Shown piece after piece: positions 13,985 to 26,500 of a DNA stretch of 64,000 bases. Source of the stretch: Lytechinus pictus. Taxonomy: Eukaryota. The first letter of the stretch is position 1, and every line of letters starts with the position of its first letter. The position numbers and the translations under genes were made by a program. Below the pieces are notes generated by a model, which worked only from the letters and a program-made list of their open reading frames with translations, was not told the DNA's origin and made no database searches. Location of the stretch: contig NC_087249.1 of the NCBI RefSeq assembly GCF_037042905.1, positions 28,086,001 through 28,150,000 of the forward strand, in the 5' to 3' direction.

Positions 13985-14945
13985 AACAAGTGGAATGCCT
14001 CTGGCCGTCTCACCTGCATCACGCGATTCAATATAGCAGCAGTGCTGATTTTGAAAACTACTATAACTCGCACAAGATGTTCAGTGATACTTGGTTACTC
14101 TTATTTCCACGTTTTATGAACTAGACCAATACACTTATAGAGATATGATGGCAATTCAACAAATACCCCCAACGTGGCCAAAGTTCTTTGACCTTACATG
14201 ACCTTTGACCTTGATCATGTGACCTGAAACTCGCACAGGATGTTCAGTGATACTTGATTACTATTATGTCCAAGTTTTATGAACTAGACCAACACACTTT
14301 CAAATTTATGGCTGTAATTCAACAAATACCCCAATTTGGCCAAAGTTCATTGACCCTAAATGACCTTTGACCTTGATCATGTGACCTGAAACTTGCACAG
14401 GATGTTCAGTAATACTTGATTACTATTATGTCCAAGTTTCATGAATCAGATCCATAAACTTTCAAAGTTATGATGGTAATTCAACAGATACCCCCAATTC
14501 GGCCAAAGTTCATTGACCCTAAATGACCTTTGACCTTGGTCATGTGACGTGAAACTCATGCAGGATGATCAGTGATACTTGATTAACCTTATGTATAAGT
14601 TTCATGAACTAGGTCCATATATTTTCTAAGTTATGATGACATTTCAAAAACTTAACCTTAGGTTAAGATTTTGATGTTGATTCCCCCAACATGGTCTAAG
14701 TTCATTGACCCTAAATGACCTTTGACCTTGGTCATGTGACATGAAACTCAGGCAGGATGTTCAGTAATACTTGATTAACCTTATGGCCAAGTTTCATGAA
14801 CTAGGTCCATATACTTTCTAAGTTATGCTGTTATTTCAAAAACTTAACCTCAGGTTAAGATTTGGTGTTGACGCCGCCGCCGCCGCCGCCGTCGTCGGAA
14901 AAGCGGCGCCTATAGTCTCACTCTGCTATGCAGGTGAGACAAAAA
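13985..14945 (-). mobile_element. DINE-1/HINE (Helentron-associated)-like non-autonomous element with internal tandem repeats of about 120-180 bp
   Basis: Subterminal inverted repeat gtctcacctgcat (14007-14019) / atgcaggtgagac (14928-14940), an adjacent partial IR, a (gcc)n microsatellite and a tgacctttgacc repeat array; A-run ends; sister copy at 42831-43696. Confidence 0.7.
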
Positions 14946-15923
14946 CTACATGTAAGTCATCCTTTAAAGTCTAAAATACCCTGTGTTTGACAAATGCATT
15001 AGTAATCATTTTTTAGTCTAATAAATCATGATGTTCAGTCAATTTAAAGAAGGGTAGCGTAGAGAAAAGTGCAGCATTCTCAGATGGCAAGAAAAACAAC
15101 ATACAATCCAATATATACACTTAACCCCTTTTCTCTGTGTCTCTATATGAACAAGCAAATCTGACGACACACACACAGTAGCAGCAGCAGAAGAAAACTA
15201 CTTTGCGTAATACATGAACAGATAAGCTGTTTAGTCAGAGTTCATATTGAAAACATGTAAAGTCATCACTTTTATACATTATATATTTAAAATATATACA
15301 AGAGGTATATGCATGAGTTGATACTTTGTATATAGATTATTTTACATCACCCCAACTCAAGAAAGACATCATCTGTAGGCAATACTATGTATGCTTGTTA
15401 TCTAGCCTACTTATATCTTAGGCTGTGTCTTGTTGACAAAGTTTGAGGGATCTGTGAAAAATATTTCAATACAAGATATTCTCATTCCTTACAGAGGTAC
15501 TCCTTAACATGATGATCAGTTTGATGTTTTCTTTAAAAACAATCAAGTCCACCTTGGTGTCCTGTCAATGAGCAATACCATATACATTTACCCGATATAT
15601 CAATTCTCTCTACAAGAAAACATAACAAATTACCTCTAATTTAAGGTCACCTACCAAGCTGCCAACCTTAATCGTGAAAATAATCCATTCTTTATTTCTT
15701 TTTATCCTATCTTCAAGCCTAAAATCTTATTTTTCTTTAAAATTTTGAAAAAACATACCAAATATCATCATTCTTACAAGTTTCAAAAATTCTATTTTTA
15801 GGGATAAAATCCTATTTAGTGTCACTTTCCTCTTGAAAATTCAACTATACAAGATAAAATCCAACTACTTGGCAGCTCTGCACCTACCAATGCTGGCTTC
15901 TCAGAAGCGCTTACTGGGCAGGC

Positions 15924-16093
15924 GGGTGTTTCATAAAGCTGTTCGTAAGTTAAGAGCGACTTTAAGAACGACTGGTGATCCTTTCTTGTTGTAAATGATA
16001 CACACCATTGGCGATGATTTAGCGCGCAAGAAAGGATCACCAGTCGTTCTTAAAGTCGCTCTTAACTTACGAACAGCTTTATGAAACGGCCCC
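15924..16093. mobile_element. Near-perfect palindromic MITE (arms of about 57 bp)
   Basis: gtttcataaagctgttcgtaagttaagagcgactttaagaacgactggtgatcc and its exact reverse complement; degenerate relatives at about 20059-20226, 35455-35610 and 42439-46673. Confidence 0.85.
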
Positions 16094-17165
16094 CAGGTTT
16101 AACAGCATGTGTTTCATGTATTGCATTTTTAGTTATCTAGCACACAGATAGCACATGGTTCTGAAACTAAAGTGTTCCAGTCATACTGTTAGGAATCAAC
16201 ATTGTTGATTGATACGGCACTATGTACAACAATAAAGCTAGTCTTGAGTTATGAAATCATTTCAAGATAAACTTGTTTAAATGGTTCTTAATTTCTGGGA
16301 AGGTTAATTACACTATCATAATGCAAGGAAAACATATTTACATACTCGGCATAACCCTGTAGATGATCACAATCAATGAAAAGAACATTTCACATCTGCA
16401 CATAATGAAACCACATGTCCATGTGCACACGCATAAGCTCTTTCCAAATGTTGCAAATCATCATGCTGAAAGTTATTATTACTGAAATAATTTACTATCT
16501 ATACATTACCAATTTGAACATTCATTGTAAGGACAATATGGTTTAAAAAGGGGTTTTAGTCCCAATCCACATACAGAACTCCTTTAGTACTCAAAATTAC
16601 TTCAGATAATTCATCTATGATTGGCCAAAATTGTACATCAAAGGAATGCTATTTTTACAAAAATTATTCCACTTTTAAAAAAATCTTTCTACTTGCTTTG
16701 TATTTGAAGTGAAAGTTCCCTTACCTTATGTATTCAATGACCTTAATTCATCCCAAGTGGGCTCAATATACCTCTAATATCATTTTGGAAACATTGTTCC
16801 TTTCAACATCATACTTCACAGAATCATGCAGTAAACATCACATGAATCCATGCATGTATTCATACCGTTTTTTTGTGAAACGAAAGCTACATTCACACAG
16901 AAGTATGACAATCTTATTTCATATAAATTCTGAAATCTACAGAAAATAAAGGAATTAGAATTACACCCCTTTGAACTCTGGAATAAGTTATCTTTCCCAT
17001 CAGGAACCCTGTAACACAAAGCCTAGCAATGATCATAGAAGACATTTTAAAGAAATAATAGCATTGACCACAATGTGTGATCAATCTTAAAATCAAGGAT
17101 ACGATCAATAACAAAGCTTTGTCTTACAGGCCCAGATGACTCTTTCCTACCTCAGACAGAGACAT

Positions 17166-17523
17166 CTAAAACTGTGAGAATCCCGGGGGTGGACGAATGC
17201 CCCCTTTGGGTTTGTAGCCAGATCCATGGAATTCTTTAGCGTGGACATTGAGGCGACTACCCTTACTCCCACCACCACCACCACCAGGGGATCCTTTCCT
17301 ACCACGGGAGGAGTCTCTACCGCCACCGTAGGGCACCGGGGACACCCTATCAGGGTTGGAAGAGGGTTTGAAGGCTTGAGGACCGGTCTGAAAGGCTGGA
17401 CTGGAATGAGCCATGGGGTTGAAGCTGTTCCCATCCTGAGTAGACCAAGGGATTTGGGAGTTGCCGTTAGCGCCCCTCTGATGATGGCGACTGTCGGGGA
17501 CCATGGGGCTCATTGGCGGGGTC
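17166..17523 (-). CDS. YTHDC2: YTHDC2 last coding exon, low-complexity tail with PAM2-like and PPPGF motifs
   Basis: Acceptor ttcccctggacag; phase 2 places it in the frame of ORF 17166-17513, ending …[30 protein letters not shown]. Confidence 0.82.
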
Positions 17524-20500
17524 CTGTCCAGGGGAAGTGGAAAAGAAATAGAACTATATTAGAAAATAATGAAGAGAGATTTCTATCCTGTGAGGCTCTG
17601 CATATGAAGGAGGTCAGATATTATGTACAAATAAGAAAACACTGCAATGCCAGTACATACAGCTACAGGAATTTGGTAGAAAACCTGGAACAAATATGTC
17701 CGTAAACGAAATAATAAACAATATATCCTACATAAATCAGATCCTGATGTACATGACCAACCATATTCTAGCTATGCTGTTGAAACAAAACGCCCATGAA
17801 GAAAATGTGCTATTCCGTGACGTCAATGATAGAATAGTGCACCATTATTCCATCATGGATGTCCCAGATCATGCAATCGCTACGTTCTACTTTCAATTTG
17901 TAATAAAACACTAAACAACGGACCTATCATTGTTTTCATCATTATGACATTGGTGTATAAATAATTATAAGTTCACTAAAAATCACATATCGTTATTTCC
18001 ACTGTTTGTTTGTTATCACTTTCATTTCCAGGGAGAGGGTCAAGTAGAGCATAGAATCTAATAATTCTACCGGATATATTTGTGGATGTATTACCTCTGT
18101 GAGTTATTCCACCTGCCAGCTGGACCACCCCTTGATGTGGGAGACTGTCTCCAGGCTCCCCCTTGACCTTGGTTCTGACCCCTGTAACCACCATTGGTCT
18201 GCTGGTAGGAGGGGCTTGATGGGGGTGGGGGTCGACCACTGCCACCACCACCACCTCTACCACCGTATGCACCTGATTATACAAGATTGAGTAGCATGGA
18301 GGGGGGGGGGGTGTATAGGGTAAAATAAAGAGAAGGGAAGTGAAAGAAAAAAAAATATGGGGAGAAATGGCAGACATTGGGTTTAACTTTAAATTATCTG
18401 TTCAGCCACTGAAGAGAGTTGTTTATAGCAGAGAGTTGAGCTGATTTGGCCTCAGATTGTGACAACACATATTATCTTTTTGTGTGTGCTTTTCAGCGAA
18501 TGCAGTATTCACCATACTATGTTTAAAATGAGCTGGGCTAGCCACATTCTCTAAATTAGAGGCTCTGGTTTGTCTAAGAGCCATCTATTTCAGAAAGTGA
18601 AGTCAATAAGGTCCTACTTTGTCAAAAAATACACAAATTTTCTGTTCTTCCTACGAATAAGTATGCAACATAAAGTGTCAAACTTGATTTATCGACAACT
18701 CTGGTTTGACTTCAGAGCTCTGTATTGAGTGCTTATCCAACTTATTTTTAATATGTAACAACATGTAGCTGACGATTTGTTCAGACCCAGGGCTTGCCCT
18801 GCATAGCAGTATCTGTCACATTAACCTGAATTTGAACTAAATTGACTATACTCTTCAGAAGAATGGCTTTGAAGAATATAATTAGTTTAGTTTGAACTTA
18901 CCTCCCTGTCTCTGATCATTCCCTCTCCAGTTTCCTCTTCCCTTCCCTTGCTGCTGAGAGAAAGAAATAAGTCTCATTACAATCTATATTCATCCATCAT
19001 TTACAATATTCCATGTTTGATTCACACAGGTGATTAACTAAATGCTACAAGAAATACATTCAAATTGAACTTCCATTTATTTTCATTATTTTTTAACCAA
19101 AACAAAAATATTATAGGAGTAATTCCATGAAATAATCATCCCATTTTTTTCCATTGAAAAACTTTAGATAAAAAAATAAATTAATCTAAATTTTCAAACC
19201 TGAATTCAAACTTTAAAATTTTGTTATGTTAAAATAAGTGTATAATTCAATATTCTCATTTATACATCAGTCCATGGGACAAGCTTTACCTGTGAATTTG
19301 CAAAGCGATTTGACAAACTGCCACTAGGAGGGCTGTTGAATTGTTCTATTGCTGTAAGAAAGGAGATTAAAAAATGAGTCACTTTACAAATCATGGCAAT
19401 TCCATATGAGAGATATAATACTGTTATCAACGTTTACATGCCTGTTGACATCTTGCCTTCCATCTTTACAATTCAATAACATGAAATATGCTACCAACTA
19501 TACTGTACTAACATTCAGGATATTAATCAATACTATTAATCCTTTTTCAAAGGAAAACTGTCAAATAAAGTCAAACATGCATTATACCAATACTGACTTC
19601 ATTAGAACTGTACAATTTTGGTTTGTAAAAGCTCATGTGATGTTACCTTTGTATATAACAATGAATATGCACTTTTACAAGTATATCAGAGGACCAATCA
19701 ACATTAAGGCTATTCACAATTTTATTCCTTTCATTATATTAAGTCTTTAACTGATGAAAGGAATATAAAAATGCATAAACTCCATAATTTTGTTCATATT
19801 GATACATATGTGCTTATTACTTTGCATGGGATGATAATAATATTACAGTGTATACAAATTTTAAGTCCAAGTGGGAGGATATTAAAGGAAAATAAGACAA
19901 TAGTGGAAAACACAGTTTAATTATGACACTGAATGGACTAAATTATAGGGATTTATTTTTAAGTACAAATGAGTAAATAATTCTGTGCACTGTCCAACTG
20001 TAACTACCTCAATGACATGTTGAAGAATTCCAATTCATAAATGAGCTGCTGCTTCCAGGTGGGTGTTTACAACATAAAGTTATGAGCAACTTTCCAAACG
20101 ACGGGTGACCTTTCATTGGTAACTAAATCCACATAAAAAAAAAAGGGTGTTTTATTAACCGCGAGAGGATCACCAGTTGTTCATAAAGTTGCTCGTAAGT
20201 TACAAACAGCTTTCTGAAACACCCACCAGGAATAGATGAATTCCCTAATTTAATAGGTACATACCCATTGGTTTAGGTCTCTGGCCAACTCCTACTGGCT
20301 GTTGTAGACCTAGAGATTGTTCTTCATTGGTCAGTACTTTAATCAATGTCTTCAGCACAGCCTGTAAAGATTATTTCATACAAAGATATTGTTTATTAAT
20401 AATAATATTCCGCATTTATATAGCGCTTAATACATCGGAACAACCTCTCTAAGCGCTTTACAGACATATTATTACCCCGGTCATCGGATCCTTGCATGCC

Positions 20501-23500
20501 CGCATACAATGTATGCACCTTCTCCACTCCCTGGGGAGCATTCCAACAAGAGTTCCAAGACTCAATTGCTAGGCATACTACATATTATAGGCTTTCACAT
20601 CCTACCGGGTACCCATTTAACACCTGGGTGAAGAGTGGCAAAGTGTGGATTAACGCTTTGCCAAAGGACGCTAGGCCATGGTGGGATTCGAACACATGAC
20701 CCTCTGATTACAAGGCGAGAGTCAGAACCGCTACACCATGACGCTTCCACGTTATTATCTACTTTCTTCTCTTTAACATGATTCTGAGCATACCATTTTC
20801 TTGGACATTCTCATACATATTCTGATTTGTCATTATCACATTTTGTTATGAAGATGCCATATGTTTTCTTTCAAAGGCTACGACCTTACCCAAATAATAA
20901 ACACTGATTTCATACAGGCAAACATTCAAATTCACTCACAAAAAAAAAAAAAAAAATACAGGGTCTTGGTATCTGGCTACAAAAATAAACACTGGTAGTA
21001 AGAGCTATATTGTTTCTATTCTTAATATTTATTCTAAATCCATAGAATTTAGATCTATAGAAATGATCTAAGAATGAAACGTTATTTGAGACACTATACA
21101 ACATACCTCATCAGCTTGAGACCAAGGCTTAGCTGGAGTTCTCATCCTTCTCATGAACAATGTATGCCATTTGGTCCTTAACTGCAGGACCAAACTCGCT
21201 GACTGTATACAAGGGAAAACAAATTCAATGCTTGTTAGACATCACATACTTGAAGTTTGCCTTTTTGAAAATAGGTTAGAAAACAGAAATATCATGTTTC
21301 AATATTGCAAAACGGAAGACAAATTTCCATAACCAGAAGATGTCTTCCATGAAATGAATTTATAATGCTGCACGACTGATGGGGTACAATGGGGTACTTC
21401 ATTCATCAATTCATTAATTTAGATTATTGTTTTCCTTAATCTAACCCTAATCTACCATATGGGCAAATTTATCCTCATATATTACCATGGACCACACTAA
21501 CCATTGGCTCAGACTTGATGACCAACCACTCATCCAACTTGAGTGTTGCCTTGGCAACCTTGACATCATCATCCTCTCCTTCACTGGAGTCATTAGCAGC
21601 ATCTCCATTGGGTCCCATTCTGGATGCTATGGATGATGCGGTCCCTTCCGGTAGGACAAGGGCATCGTAAGGTAGACGGGTGGGGCCACAGAACAGGGCG
21701 ATGGTGATGGGTGAGATGAGGGTCACACACCGCACACTGGTACGGAAGTGAGAGCTGAGGAAGTTTGGAGACACAGAAATGATGGCTTTGTAAGGACTAA
21801 GGTAGGGGTAATGATGATAACAATAATATGCACTATGTATCATCAGGAAAAGTAAATATCCTGCTATAGGACATAAGTTGATAAATTATCAAGTCTGTCA
21901 AAGTCCTGCTTGATTCTCCAGTGGTGCAAAATATTCACTGACACACAATTGCCACCTTTCGCAATCATCACGGGCGCTAATATTAGGGTCCCCTAACACA
22001 AAAGTTGACGCTTTTGATTTTTAAGATTGATTGTACATTATAGTCAATAGAATCAAACGTAGAAAACTGCTCTACAATCAATGCTAAGATTTGTGTTACA
22101 GGGGGGTTACAGGCCCTACAGATCTGCTTTTCGTGTGCAAAATTCTTTCCCGCGACACCCGCACGCCATACATGCAATGTATTACGACTGATGGCTGGAG
22201 ATATTCGAAATGCAGGACCTAAAATAGAATATGACATGGATAAGAAAGTGGTTTTTCAAACAAATCGAGTACATATTGAGTGAGGAAAAACTTACTAAAT
22301 TAAGGCTTAGATATAGATCATTACAGTCCATCGAATCAATATTGCATTTAATGTGGATTATTGGTGGATCTCTGGCAATTGATTCCATGGGTCAGATCAC
22401 CTCTCTAGCCGAACCCATTTCGCATATGTACACAGCGTATGCAATACGTTTGCATGCGGGTTTCTTTTGTTCACTCCTTCTACACAAACGATACGCCTCT
22501 TGCACACGATGTAAAGGGTATTATGTTTTACTTTCCTCAGAAATGGGGGTTAGATTCAAATTCCGGGGGGACCACTTCCATTGATGGTTGGATACCAGGC
22601 ACGACCATGGGGTTTTGAAAAGTACCCTAAACAAGGGAAGCAAGTCTTTTCCAGATTATGAAAATGCATCTTTTAACAATTATTTGGCTTGTGAAACCCT
22701 ACAAGTATTGGAAATATATCCCTTTTTTCAGTATTTTAATCATCGTTTTTGACACTTTTATAACGTTACATAGGCCTATACGTAACATACTTACCCACTC
22801 TTTCCCTTTTTACGCGTTGTTGCGCCTGGTATCCACTCTTCAATGAAAGTGGGCCCCCCCGGTCTGGGAGGAACCAAATGTGGATTTGGAAAGTCGTCCT
22901 AAATCGGATATATTGCTGTTACCATAGTAGCAACCAGAATTTTGCACACGAAACGCAAATTGAATGTTTCCGTTCCAGATGCGAAACGAAAAAAAAATCT
23001 CATGTCACACAATTTGCATTGCAGGACAGAGTTTTAAGACCATGACGACGGGCCCAAAAGTCTCTTCTAAAATCAACTAACGTCGTAAATAAGCGTTCGC
23101 GTTCTTCCAACAAAAGGTCGGGAATGACAACTTTTGAACCGGGGGTAAAGAAAAAAGGGATAGGGGAAGGGATGGACTTCATGTCTCCTTCATACCTGGT
23201 GAGCTCATCATATAGAAGCCAGTCTGAAGGTAAACTATCCACAGTTCTCATATGCTCCTCACCAAGTGAGGTCTTGCCCTTAGCCACTTCATGGAGTACT
23301 GAGTTGGGATGGAAGCGCACCTTGGATTCCGTTCTGTAATAAACAGAGATAAACAATATCAGCATTGTAATCATCATAGTAGTTGTCATCATCATCATCA
23401 TCATCATCATCATCGTCACCATCATCTCATCATCGTAGTCATCATCATCATCACAATCATCATCATTATTATCATCATCATCTTCATCATCATTATCACA

Positions 23501-26500
23501 ATCATTATCACTAGAGCCACTACCAATCACCCTATTGACCACCACCTTCTTTTGTCACTATTAAGATCACTAATACTAACATGCCAACATTTATATAGTG
23601 CTTAATACGATGTTTCTAACTGCTGCATACTATTATTCCGGCTATAGCAAGGCCACCCTGATCAGGTGCTCGAGCATTCAAGGAATTTCTTCCTACCGGG
23701 TACCCATTTACTACACCTGGGAGGAGAGTGGCAAAAGTAGATAAATGCCTTGCCAAAGGACGTGAGTGCCGCGGTGAGATTTGAACCCAGACCTTGTGGT
23801 TCATAGTCTGGGGACTTATCCACTGAGCCACAACACCTCTACAACAGTAATCCTCATTGCCTAATCCTCAATATCTTTAATCATGCAACTTATAAATCCA
23901 CTCTGCAGAGTGCTCAAGGCACTCATTGTTGTAAGTACTTTGGTTATAGCCCATCCACCATTCCAACACACAGGTAAATCAAGGAATTCCTGGCAGTTAC
24001 CTATTGTAGTTCAGAGATACTATCATCATAAATGTCAAATGAAGATTGTTTCTATAACAAACTATCAGATATGAAAGCCTGAGAAATCATTATTTCACTC
24101 ATCAGTACACTGTTGACAAAGAACTGTAAAGATAAGCGTCCACATCATTGTTTCCAAGAGGATTTATCATGTTTAAAGAATTAAACCGATGGAATTCCAT
24201 TGTCACGATCGATCACAATGCTAAGTGAAACAGGGCCCCCAATATGACTTACTTGGTGGTGAGTTGTCTGCGTTCTCTATCTACTTTGAGGATGTTAGGA
24301 TACATGCCAGCACATAGAGATGCCTTGACCACAGCCCAGTTCTCTGAGTTGGTGTTGAGATCACGGATGTCTCCTGGTCCCCTTGCCCTGACAAAGCCAG
24401 ACGCTCTCAGCTGGCCTAACAGCTGGGTTCTAAACAAGGATAAAATATTTAAAGGGATGGTCGGGCTGAAAGTATGTATAGCTAAATAGATAGAATAGAA
24501 TTCACTGAGCAAAATGCTGAAAATTTCATAAAAATTGGACAACAAATAACAAAGTTATTGAATTTTAAAGTTTAGCAATATTTTGTGAAAACAGTCATCA
24601 TGAATATTCATTAGGTGGGCTGATGATGTCACATCTCCACTTGTTCTTTTGTATTTTATTATATGAAAATAGGTTTATTCAAATTTTTTCCTCCAAGAAC
24701 TAGAAAAATTTGATTGTCAACTGATTTAGTGCATTAGATATTTATTGCTGCAACTTATTTCATTATAAGGGAGACATATTATTCACACAAGTATGAAATA
24801 ATGAAAAAAATATGATTTTATGTAATAACATAATAAAACGGAAAGTGGAGATGTGACATCATCAGCCCACCTAATGAATATTCATGACGACTGTTTTCAC
24901 AAAATATTGCTAAACTTTAAACTCCAATAACTTTATTATTTGTTATCCGATTTTGATGAAATTTTCGGCATTTTGCTCAGTGAATTCTACTCTATGTATT
25001 AAGATACAAATATTTTCAGCCCGGACCATCCCTTTAAAACAATGCAATAACCAAATACAATATTCTGAACCTATTTTAGACACAATTCACATAACCACGA
25101 AGCTATAAGCAAGAATACAGTGCTACTTTATTCGCGATGTAGATTGCAATTGACAAAATAAATGACATGTACTACAAGGTATTTGAAGAACAGATTAAAA
25201 GTGAATTGTGACAAAGAACACTGTGTGGCCAGCAAATAGCATTCCACCAAAATACATACATATATATATATTTCTCTACATCTATGTTTAAGGTGATTTT
25301 TTTGGTCTTCTTTCATTGTTCGTAATGCGCCTTAACGCCCTCTACCTTCGTCTTTATGTGTATTATGACAGAATAAACCCATTCATTGACTTCACCCTTT
25401 CGTAGGATGTAGGCATATATATATATATATATATATTCATGAAGGAAAACAAATATATTTATTCACCCTTCAAGTGCATCTTTCTTTTCATTTTCTCATT
25501 TTCTTAAGTACAGAGACATGCAATTCATAAAATTGTTGATTATTATTTGAATAGACTTCCTCTAATGAGTTTAAACTTCATCTGATCTTTCAAAATAGAT
25601 GTTCAAATGACACAATACTCATTATCATACCTCATTCCAACAATCATCTCCATGGTTGCTCTTGATAAAAAGTTTCTATCACAGAATGTACCTTCCCATC
25701 CATCACTACGAGCTCGCTGCCATGACTGGTACAGATATTCAAATACAAAATCAGACATGATTGAGTGAATGCAGAATTCTAATCATATAATAACATGTGA
25801 TGGAACATTACTATTTCATTTTCAATACGATTTCCATTTGGCAAAAGGTAATATTATTGATATTAACGACTGTACAATTTTTGTCAAACAACAGAATCTG
25901 GCTGTTAAAAACATTAAAATGCATCGACTAACATCTATTCTAATTTAAGTAGAAATATGGTGAAAAGGGCAAGTGCTGATCCTGGTTTTGGAAAATTTAA
26001 GTATGTCAGTGCTGCATATAATTGAAATGTGAATTTACTTGTAACAACACCTCTCCCTGGGAAACAGTGTATGTTACTGATGAAGCTATCCTGTATGAAT
26101 AAGTTTTAATAATAATAATAACAAGGTCATAAGGAACAGCAACTCCAGATAACAAAGGATTTTGGTTTTGTTATTGAGATCTCAGTAGGCGGTGCTGCAC
26201 CATCCCGAGTTTGCTCAATCTCGAGATTTTAGCCCGATCAGCCCTCTTCGCGATTAATCTCGAGATTCATGAAACCCCGTCTGCACCATCCCACGAGGAG
26301 CTATATCTGCTCGAGCGAGGCAACAAGCCCGATATTCCGGGCATGCGCACTTTCGGATCTTGGAGTTTCAACGGCCCGCGCTTTTGAATAACTTCCCGCG
26401 ATATGCAAGCAATGAACTCCTTTCATTAGTACTTTCGCCGAATTCAACCGGTGTTATGCAACAATCCTTTCAGCTCAGCGAGTGAAGAAGTGATGTATTC

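Larger units (their letters stand above)
10290..17165 (-). other. Putative long (about 6.9 kb) 3' UTR of YTHDC2, with a candidate AATAAA at 10310-10315 (- strand)
   Basis: No coding exons found. The + strand composition switches from T/G-rich (CEP120 side) to A/C-rich at roughly 9.5-10.3 kb. Inference only. Confidence 0.4.

Noticed and set aside
17147-17434. Alternative-frame ORF running to the donor-like site at 17150, which could lead on to YTH exons
   Set aside because: Exon 30 ends in phase 2, fixing the last exon in the 17166-17513 frame. No YTH-like exons were seen downstream.
17226-17705. 159-aa + strand ORF
   Set aside because: It is the antisense shadow of the GC-rich YTHDC2 last exon.
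20660-20749. tRNA-like sequence with A and B boxes
   Set aside because: It is the head of a SINE, continuing into the core domain and (tta)n tail with several diverged copies in the window. It is not a tRNA gene.
23000-23605. Poly-D/M/H/I ORFs
   Set aside because: They come from the (CAT)n microsatellite; only 23196-23333 is a real exon.
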